Source of the DNA: Gammaproteobacteria bacterium
GTDB taxonomy: Bacteria > Pseudomonadota > Gammaproteobacteria > Arenicellales > JAANXG01
Direction of reading: 5' to 3'
NCBI GenBank assembly: GCA_034520625.1
Contig: JAXHNI010000011.1
Span: 41,794-105,793, forward strand
DNA: 64,000 nt
How positions within the stretch are numbered: the first letter of the stretch is position 1; each line of letters starts with the position of its first letter. The notes below the pieces were generated by a model. It was not told the origin of the DNA and searched no databases. It worked only from the letters and a program-made list of their open reading frames with translations. Shown here piece by piece: positions 56,401 through 64,000 of this stretch. A program made the position numbers and the translations under genes.

Positions 56401-56805
56401 CACATCGGGGTGCCGTCCCGTGAGCTGGACGACGCGGTTCACCGCGTCGCGGACTCCGTTCGCAATCTGCTCGAGGATGAGACCGCCGCGTGGCTGCTGA
56501 ACGGCGGCCATGACCGCGCCGCGGACGAGTACGAGCTCAGTGTGCGCGACGGCGAGCGGGTCAGGCGGCTGCGCATGGACCGGACTTTCGTCGACGCATC
56601 CGGGGTGCGCTGGATCGTGGACTACAAGACCAGCGCCCATGAGGGGGGCGAGCGGGAACGGTTCCTGGACGAGGAGGTCCGGCGGTACCGCGCCCGGATG
56701 GAGTCCTATGCCCGGGCATTCCGCGCGATGGAACAGCGCGAGATCAGGCTGGGTCTGTACTTTCCTCTGCTGCGCGCCTGGCGGGAATGGGTATACGGGA
56801 ACTGA
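53461..56805 (+). CDS. AddA/UvrD-family helicase-nuclease
   Basis: QAPAGSGKT, AITFTRKAAGEM, LVDEFQDT, VGDPMQSIYRFR, MTIHRAKGLEFD, YVACTRAR, IVDYKTS; GTGA overlap with the upstream gene. Confidence 0.92.
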   Translation: MTQGMQDSDDQAVRDRALAVDGSFIVQAPAGSGKTELLIQRYLNLLGRVEEPEEIVAITFTRKAAGEMRERILAALRRADAGESGTGEVETGRLALARRVVVNDRRRGWELISHPARLQIQTIDALCLSLSRRLPYLSGFAAPSGILEDAGATYRRAAVDAIRQLGDGDAEWRDVLRRFLVHVDNDMARATALLSAMLATRDQWLRYLGDDRMLQANLESGWRNVVEGYLRRVDAAFPAALKAPMAECAAAAAWQRLEDGDAAGPRAWLEGEGFPAPGADQLPRWRFMVDLLVTQSAPQWRRQVNRNQGFLPKTEAKQAMQELLALLAGDKGLPGVLYTVKSLPDPGLEVEQALVLDAMVGVLKLGVAQLQVIFAETGQVDFVEVTQRANRALGALEAPTDLALMLDYRIQHLLVDEFQDTSVTQRELLELLTQGWAPGDGRTLFLVGDPMQSIYRFRQADVGVFLGIREHGLATVPVEALRLRSNFRSAPGVVEWVNRAFGDCFPPVSDSTSGAVAYAPSIPQRPSPDQEAGVHVHPFVDCAAPRWADELAVLIGRALERSGDVAVLVRARSHLKPLLPALQARGIPYSGVDIAALINQPAVRDLHSLTRALIHPGDRMAWLALLRAPWCGLLLEDLVALAEKRPPVVWTALHDPETLAGMSSHGRERIDRFKAALAGAMDQRCRLPLRHWVRRAWVSLDGPALMEAPEIRHAQTYFDLLGRYQAGPYLADERAFDEALKSHWANVEARSGAVQLMTIHRAKGLEFDEVFLPALESVPRGEDKRLLLWEEPADGQGLLLAAMSARGAGEDPHYRYLRALQAEKAEHEDVRLLYVACTRARERLHLLGNVSTRDGDVTAPRKGSLLQRIWPSVGARFLEAAAGAVEPGGDDLERREPGRGQPLRRVPSGWSAPGWPDALPVAAPTRMDEQRVEFSWAGETARHVGILVHELIQRIAAEGFARWSMERVEASLPGWRDRLHHIGVPSRELDDAVHRVADSVRNLLEDETAAWLLNGGHDRAADEYELSVRDGERVRRLRMDRTFVDASGVRWIVDYKTSAHEGGERERFLDEEVRRYRARMESYARAFRAMEQREIRLGLYFPLLRAWREWVYGN

Positions 56806-56855
56806 AGCCCGCATGCCGGACGGGTAGCGGCTCAGTTTCAACATAGAGGCAGTAG

Positions 56856-56965
56856 GGGGCCGTGCCGGGGATCCTCCCCAGGGCCGCTGTGAATACATCC
56901 GTGTACGCTCTGGCTCAAACGTCCCTGTTTTCGACAGCCCTGGGGAGGGTCCCCGGCACGACCCC
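56856..56965 (-). repeat. Dispersed hairpin element copy 6 (outer inverted arms extend 56823-56996)
   Basis: ~28-bp stem plus core; outer GGTAGCGGCTCAGTTTCAA ... TTCAAACAGAGCCACTACC. Confidence 0.9.
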
Positions 56966-57045
56966 GGCCGACTCGTTTTCAAACAGAGCCACTACCGCCG
57001 GCGGCTGTAGTGTCGGGATGCGGAATGCGTTAAATTGAAGGTGCT

Positions 57046-57954
57046 ATGAAGAGTATCCAGAAGCTGGTGGTAGCCATATCCTCCCGGGCGTTGTTCGACC
57101 TGGAGGAGAGCCACCGGGTGTTCGAAACCGAAGGCGTGGACGCCTACTGCCGCTATCAGATCGAGCGGGAGAACGATCTGCTGGATCCCGGTGTCGCCTT
57201 CTCCCTGGTCGAGAAGCTCCTGCGGCTGAACACCCTCAGTGAGACGAAGGAACGCGTCGAGGTCGTGCTGCTTTCCCGGAACAGCGCCGACACCGGCCTG
57301 CGGGTATTCAACTCGATACAGCACTACGGGCTCAAGATCACGCGCGCCGCCTTCAGCGGCGGCCAGTCCCCTTACCGCTATGTCGAGCCGTTCAACGCTC
57401 ACCTGTTCCTGTCCACGAACCCCTCGGACGTGCGAAGCGCCCTGGAGCAGGGATACGCTGCTGCCACCATACTGCCCTCCAACGTCGGCATGAATGTCAG
57501 CAACAATGGCGGCGACCAGCTGCGCATCGCTTTCGACGGGGATGCGGTACTGTTTTCCGACGCCGCGGAACGCGTTTACAAAACCGAGGGCCTGGAGGCG
57601 TTTTCCACCTCCGAGCGGGTATCGGCCAATGAGCCGCTGCCCGGCGGCCCGTTCAAGAGCGTCCTGGCGGCGCTGCACGGAATCCAGTCCGAGTTTTCTC
57701 CCGAGGAATCGCCTATTCGCACCGCCCTGTTCACCGCCCGGGCCGCCCCCGCCCACGAAAGGGTGATCCGGACCCTGCGGGCCTGGCAGATTCGAATCGA
57801 CGAAGCCGTTTTCCTCGGCGGACTCGACAAGGGTTCGTTCCTGCGCACCTTCGGCGCCGATATCTTCTTCGATGACCAGCAGGGGCATTGCGACTCCACC
57901 CGCCAGCACGTGCCCACCGGCCACGTGCCCCACGGCGTCGCCAATGAAGCCTAG
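57046..57954 (+). CDS. 5'-nucleotidase (cN-I-like family)
   Basis: LVVAISSRALFDL, SRNSADTGLRVFNSI, LRIAFDGDAVLF, FFDDQ. Confidence 0.9.
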   Translation: MKSIQKLVVAISSRALFDLEESHRVFETEGVDAYCRYQIERENDLLDPGVAFSLVEKLLRLNTLSETKERVEVVLLSRNSADTGLRVFNSIQHYGLKITRAAFSGGQSPYRYVEPFNAHLFLSTNPSDVRSALEQGYAAATILPSNVGMNVSNNGGDQLRIAFDGDAVLFSDAAERVYKTEGLEAFSTSERVSANEPLPGGPFKSVLAALHGIQSEFSPEESPIRTALFTARAAPAHERVIRTLRAWQIRIDEAVFLGGLDKGSFLRTFGADIFFDDQQGHCDSTRQHVPTGHVPHGVANEA

Positions 57955-58006
57955 CGGGTTGTTCCCGCGGGTTGTGGCACATTTGGAGAGCCCGGGTTTT
58001 GGCATG

Positions 58007-58116
58007 GGCCGGTGCCGGGAGCCGCCCCCCAGGGTCGCTGTGAATACATCCTTGTACGCTCTGGCTCAAACATCCCTGTTTTCGACAGCCCTGGGGGACG
58101 GCCCCCGACACCGGCC
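58007..58116 (-). repeat. Dispersed hairpin element copy 7
   Basis: Imperfect ~27-bp stem plus core. Confidence 0.88.
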
Positions 58117-58260
58117 ACCGGGATCATGTTGGTCTTCGAGCCGAGCAATTCACGCGGGCGGCTGAATGGTGCAGAATCCGTGGCGGGGTACGCCGAAATC
58201 TGGAGCTGCGCCGGCCAACGAATCAACGGGGTGCGGCCTCTTTGATCAGCGGCTTTCCGT

Positions 58261-58650
58261 ATGAAGATAACACTTAACCGGTTTCTGATATTCGTGACGC
58301 TGATACTGCTGATCGGCGTGATGATGCAGCAGTGCTGGCAGCGCAGGCCGGACGCGGAGAAATGGCTTTACATGTTCGATGAGCCCGCCAGGGATTACGC
58401 CGCCCGCGTGCTGGGCCCGGACCGGGGCACCGGCCTCGCACCGCCCGAGGTCCTGTCGGACATGGAAGTGCGGGTTCACGAGCGGGAAGGCTATGTCGTG
58501 TTCACCTCGAACATGTTTGCCCGGGACGGCGGGTCCGTGCTCCACATGGCGTTCGCACCCCAGGGCCGGCCGGCCGTGCCAGCGGATTCGCCGGGGATGG
58601 CTTGGGTACGAGTGCGGGATGGCTGGTATCAGCTGCGTCCGGCGCCTTGA
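58261..58650 (+). CDS. Hypothetical membrane-anchored protein
   Basis: N-terminal hydrophobic helix; fills the gap between + strand genes. Confidence 0.65.
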   Translation: MKITLNRFLIFVTLILLIGVMMQQCWQRRPDAEKWLYMFDEPARDYAARVLGPDRGTGLAPPEVLSDMEVRVHEREGYVVFTSNMFARDGGSVLHMAFAPQGRPAVPADSPGMAWVRVRDGWYQLRPAP

Positions 58651-58921
58651 AACGGTCGATCCGCACCTCCGATTTCAGTGCTATCCGTTGATCCTTGCCG
58701 GGAACGTTGACGTCCCGGGTCACCGATCCGGCAAGGTATTCGTTTGACCGTGTTCCCGGGAAGTTCCGGCGCATCCGGCAACGCCCACAACGGAACCAAG
58801 GTTCCCTGCGCCCCTTGGGAAAAGGTCCTTCCCCGGCACCGGTCGGTGCATACGCAGGCGAAACGTCGTCCTCGTGCGGAGCTTTCCGGCGCAGTCGAAT
58901 AATGCAAAGAGAGGTGCTTCA

Positions 58922-60274
58922 GTGAGATACCTGCACAAATGCCTGATCGCCATGGTGCTGATGGCCGGCACGTCGTTCGCATCGGCGTCCCTGCCGCTTT
59001 CCGCCCTCCAGGGCGAGGTGCCGAGCCTGGCGCCGATGCTGGAGGAAACGCTGCCGGGGGTGGTCAACATATCCACGACCGGAACCGTGCGAATCCGTGA
59101 GAATCCGCTGCTGCGCGACCCGTTCTTCCGGCGGTTCTTCGACCTGCCGCCCCGGCAGCGGGAACGCAGGCGTCAGAGCCTCGGATCCGGCGTGGTGATC
59201 GATGCGGATCAAGGTCTGGTGGTGACCAATGCCCACGTCATCGAAAAAGCGGATGAGATCAAGGTTACGCTCCACGACGGCCGGGAGCTCCAGGCGGAAC
59301 TGGTGGGGACCGACCCGGACTCGGACGTGGCCGTTGTCCGGATCGACGCCGACAACCTGACGGAGATCCCCACGGGCGACTCGGACGAGCTCCGTGTTGG
59401 TGACTTCGTGGTGGCGATCGGCAATCCGTTCGGCCTCAACCAGACCGTCACCTCGGGAATCGTCAGCGCCCTGGGGCGCAGCGGTCTCGGCATAGAAGGT
59501 TACGAGGATTTCATACAGACCGATGCGTCCATTAACCCGGGCAACTCCGGCGGTGCCCTGATCAATCTGAAGGGCGAGCTCGTCGGCATCAACACGGCGA
59601 TCCTGGCGCCGTCGGGGGGCAACGTCGGCATCGGCTTCTCGATCCCCATCAACATGGTCCGGGAGTTGACCGGGCAGCTCGTGGAACACGGTAAAGTGGA
59701 ACGCGGCCGTCTCGGCGTCTACATCCAGGATCTCACCCCCAGCCTGGCCCAGGCGTTCGGGATAGACGCCAACCGCGGTGCTGTGATCGCACAGGTCACA
59801 CCGGATTCGCCGGCGGAGGAGGCCGGTGTACGGGAGGGGGACGTGGTGACGCGGATCAACGGCAAGCCGGTGCGAAGTGCTGCGGAGCTGCGCAATGAAG
59901 TGGGCCTGCTCCGGCCGGGAGAGACCATCGAGATGGTGGTGCTGCGCAATGGGGAGCGGATGCGCATCAACGCTGTGATCCAGGCCCAGGAAGCCCGGGT
60001 CCTCCAGGGTGCCGAGCTGCACCCGGCGCTGGACGGCGCGGTGTTCGGGCCGCTGCCGGACGGCAGCGGTGTGGAGCACGGGATACACGTGAAGGCGGTG
60101 GGCCGCGGCAGTCCCGCCTGGCAGAACGAGCTGCGCAGCGAAGACATCATCACCTCCGTCAACCGTCGCCGGTTCGCCACGCTGGATGAGTTCCGGCGCC
60201 TGGTGAGCGGTTCGCGGGAACTGCTATTCAGCATACAGCGCGGGCAACGGGCGTACTTTCTGGCGATTCGCTAG
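58922..60274 (+). CDS. degQ: HtrA-family serine endoprotease with two PDZ domains (DegQ/DegP)
   Basis: Signal peptide, [26 protein letters not shown], two PDZ domains; SD GAGG before the GTG. Confidence 0.9.
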   Translation: MRYLHKCLIAMVLMAGTSFASASLPLSALQGEVPSLAPMLEETLPGVVNISTTGTVRIRENPLLRDPFFRRFFDLPPRQRERRRQSLGSGVVIDADQGLVVTNAHVIEKADEIKVTLHDGRELQAELVGTDPDSDVAVVRIDADNLTEIPTGDSDELRVGDFVVAIGNPFGLNQTVTSGIVSALGRSGLGIEGYEDFIQTDASINPGNSGGALINLKGELVGINTAILAPSGGNVGIGFSIPINMVRELTGQLVEHGKVERGRLGVYIQDLTPSLAQAFGIDANRGAVIAQVTPDSPAEEAGVREGDVVTRINGKPVRSAAELRNEVGLLRPGETIEMVVLRNGERMRINAVIQAQEARVLQGAELHPALDGAVFGPLPDGSGVEHGIHVKAVGRGSPAWQNELRSEDIITSVNRRRFATLDEFRRLVSGSRELLFSIQRGQRAYFLAIR

Positions 60275-60299
60275 CGTTTCCCGCTACAAATATTGACCC

Positions 60300-60370
60300 G
60301 TAGGAGGCCAGCCCCCTGGCCGATGAGGCATTGCTCGAAGCCGCAATCGGCGAGAGCGCTCGCCTCTTAC
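60300..60370. repeat. REPIN-like doublet of GTAG REPs, copy B (inverted relative to copy A)
   Basis: GTAGGAGGCCAGCCCCCTGGCCGA ... TCGGCGAGAGCGCTCGCCTCTTAC, 71 bp. Confidence 0.78.
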
Positions 60371-60475
60371 GCGAGGGTGCGGGTCCTGGTGCATTATGCG
60401 GGCTGGCACCGGTCCGACGGGCGCGCCTTCGATTCGTGTGGCATCATTCGCGTCACACGATCAATCGGCTTCACC

Positions 60476-61150
60476 ATGAACGATTACCTGATAGCGCCTT
60501 CCATCCTGTCGGCGGACTTCGCTCGCCTCGGCCGCGAAGTGGAGGACGTGCTGGCGGCGGGTGCCGACATCATCCATTTCGACGTCATGGACAATCACTA
60601 CGTCCCGAATCTCACTTTCGGTCCGGTGGTTTGCAAGGCGCTTCGAGACCACGGCATTACCGCGCCCATCGATGTGCACCTGATGGTGAAGCCGGTGGAC
60701 GAGCTGATAGGCATGTTCGCCGACGCCGGAGCCAGCTACATTACTTTCCATCCCGAGGCCAGTGAGCATGTGGACCGTTCACTGCAATTGATCAGGGACC
60801 GGGGGTGTCGGTGCGGGCTGGTGCTGAATCCCGCGACGCCGCTCAGTGTGCTGGACTGGACGCTGGAGAAGCTGGACATGGTGCTGCTGATGTCGGTGAA
60901 TCCCGGGTTCGGCGGACAGTCGTTCATTCCCGCCATGCTGGACAAGCTGCGCCGCGCACGCGACATGATCGACCGCGCAGGCGTGGATGTCCGGCTGGAG
61001 ATCGACGGCGGGGTGAAGATCGACAATATCGGCGCCGTCGCCGCCGCCGGCGCCGACACTTTCGTGGCCGGCTCGGCGATATTCGGCAGTGGCGATTATC
61101 CCGGCACCATCCAGGCCATGCGCAGCGAGATCGCCGGAGCCGTTTCGTGA
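60476..61150 (+). CDS. rpe: Ribulose-phosphate 3-epimerase
   Basis: [39 protein letters not shown]. Confidence 0.97.
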   Translation: MNDYLIAPSILSADFARLGREVEDVLAAGADIIHFDVMDNHYVPNLTFGPVVCKALRDHGITAPIDVHLMVKPVDELIGMFADAGASYITFHPEASEHVDRSLQLIRDRGCRCGLVLNPATPLSVLDWTLEKLDMVLLMSVNPGFGGQSFIPAMLDKLRRARDMIDRAGVDVRLEIDGGVKIDNIGAVAAAGADTFVAGSAIFGSGDYPGTIQAMRSEIAGAVS

Positions 61151-61887
61151 AAGCGTTTCCGGGTCCGTCCGCCGCACCGGATCGCGAGGTTTCGAGGGCC
61201 TGGCCCCGGGCCGTGTTGTTCGACCTGGATGGCACGCTGGTGGACACCGGGCCGGATATCGCGGCGGCCGTCAATGGAATGCTGTTTGCTATGGGCCGGC
61301 ACCCGTACACCGTGGAACAGGTGCTCGATTGGGTCGGGGACGGCGCTCCGCGACTGGTGGAGCGCGCCCTGGCCGGCAACCTGGACGGCCGGCCGCCGTC
61401 CGCCGAGGCTGAACGCGGCCTTGCGCTGTTCTATGAACACTACGCGGCGAACATCTGTGTGCACAGCGAGCCCTATCCCCATGCGCGGCAGGTGCTCGAA
61501 TCGCTGCGGGCGGCGGGCGTACTGATCGGCTGCGTGACCAACAAGCCCGAACAGCTCAGTCGTTCGCTTCTGGATGTGCTGGGGCTGGCATCGATGTTCG
61601 ATGTCATCGTCGGTGGCGACACGCTGGCGTTTCGTAAGCCCCGCCCGGAGCCGATCCACCACGCCTGCCGGGCGCTGGGGCTGTGTCCGGAGGACACCGC
61701 CTATGTAGGGGATTCCATCACCGACTGCCTCGCGGCGGATGCGGCGGGGGTGCCCATGGTTGCCGTGACCTACGGGTACAACCGGGACGCCGACTTGACG
61801 AAGTCGACCTGCGCGGCAATGATAGACAGCCTCGGGGCGTTGCCCGAAGCATTGATGAACACCGGGAAGAAACCGACCAAACGATGA
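61147..61887 (+). CDS. gph: Phosphoglycolate phosphatase
   Basis: [26 protein letters not shown]; rpe-gph-trpE synteny. Confidence 0.92.
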   Translation: MKAFPGPSAAPDREVSRAWPRAVLFDLDGTLVDTGPDIAAAVNGMLFAMGRHPYTVEQVLDWVGDGAPRLVERALAGNLDGRPPSAEAERGLALFYEHYAANICVHSEPYPHARQVLESLRAAGVLIGCVTNKPEQLSRSLLDVLGLASMFDVIVGGDTLAFRKPRPEPIHHACRALGLCPEDTAYVGDSITDCLAADAAGVPMVAVTYGYNRDADLTKSTCAAMIDSLGALPEALMNTGKKPTKR

Positions 61888-61940
61888 TCATGTCCGGAAC
61901 AGACAGGTGGCCCTGGATCGGCTGGCGATGGCGCCGCTGA
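61884..61940 (+). CDS. trpL: Trp-rich leader peptide [18 protein letters not shown]
   Basis: Four Trp codons in 8 positions, ATGA overlap with the gph stop, 46 nt upstream of trpE. Confidence 0.8.
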   Translation: MIMSGTDRWPWIGWRWRR

Positions 61941-61986
61941 CAGACCCGATTCGCCCCTGATTCCGTAGTTCCGCCGGAGATGATCC

Positions 61987-63501
<1,515 letters not shown>

Positions 63502-63734
63502 CGGGAACATCGAGCTGCTGAGCGGCTACGTGCTCTCCCGTGTATTTCGGGCATTATGCTGTAGAATGGAGTATCCGGCCGGGTCCCGGTGGTTTAAATG
63601 GCACTGAGTCGGCCCCATCTCGTCCGAAGGAAACCGCACCTGAGTGGTCTCGGGCGGCCGCAACCTGCCAAAGCGTATTCCGTTTCGTTATTCATGAGCC
63701 CGGTAGCGTCCGTCGATCGAGGAGGTGCCTGACG

Positions 63735-63779
63735 ATGACCAAAGAACTGTTCCTGTTTGTCAGGAGAAAACAATCATGA
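63735..63779 (+). CDS. Putative 14-aa uORF overlapping the ino1 start
   Basis: AGGAGGT SD then ATG: MTKELFLFVRRKQS; its stop overlaps the ino1 ATG (ATGA). Confidence 0.4.
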   Translation: MTKELFLFVRRKQS

Positions 63780-64000
63780 CCAGCGCGATCAGGATCGGAA
63801 TCGTCGGTGTCGGAAACTGCGCCAGTTCGCTGGTCCAGGGCCTTCACTACTACCGGAACAAGGAGCCCGGCGAAGCCATCGGTATCATGCACTGGACGCT
63901 GGGCGGTTACCGTCCGTTCGACATCGAGGTGGCGGCGGCTTTCGATATCGATGAGCGCAAGGTCGGAAGAGACGTGAGCGAGGCGATCTTCCAGCCGCCC
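63776..64000 (+). CDS. ino1: myo-inositol-1-phosphate synthase (3' truncated; absent from the ORF track)
   Basis: MTSAIRIGIVGVGNCASSLVQGLHYY...VAAAFDIDERKVGRDVSEAIF; SD AGGAG. Confidence 0.9.
   Translation, partial: MTSAIRIGIVGVGNCASSLVQGLHYYRNKEPGEAIGIMHWTLGGYRPFDIEVAAAFDIDERKVGRDVSEAIFQPP

Noticed and set aside
50822-56805. Helicase-nuclease pair as a novel defence system
   Set aside because: Architecture matches housekeeping AddAB-type recombinational repair, and there is no island context
58651-58921. sigmaE promoter for degQ
   Set aside because: No GGAACTT-N16/17-TCnAA match found

Overview
High-GC gammaproteobacterial chromosome segment (inferred from gene content such as rpe-gph-trpE, sohB, gluQ, ppsA-ppsR; finer taxonomy not determinable here). 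It is densely packed with about 54 mostly housekeeping genes: Fur with Fe3+ ABC genes, gcvH, an icd-CBS fusion, lgt, exeA/B-like genes, ppsA/R, prfC, an RND pump, prc, nrtR-nadA, phrB/hemH, an AddAB-like pair, degQ, rpe-gph-trpE and partial ino1. I saw no tRNA, rRNA, CRISPR array, transposase or prophage. The interesting signal is intergenic. (1) A dispersed ~110-nt hairpin element occurs in 7 full and 2 core-less copies. It has a covarying ~27-32 bp stem and a conserved core whose minus strand presents two CsrA/RsmA-type ANGGA hairpin loops (TwoAYGGAY-like), and all cores share one orientation. (2) A Trp-rich leader peptide coupled to gph can base-pair over the trpE ribosome-binding site. (3) nrtR is probably leaderless, with its operator on the start codon. 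(4) Also seen: GTAG REPINs, a Fur box, tandem PhaR-like boxes, a 55% Lys histone-H1-like protein and a possible histone-fold orphan. All calls come from visual motif recognition; no searches were run.
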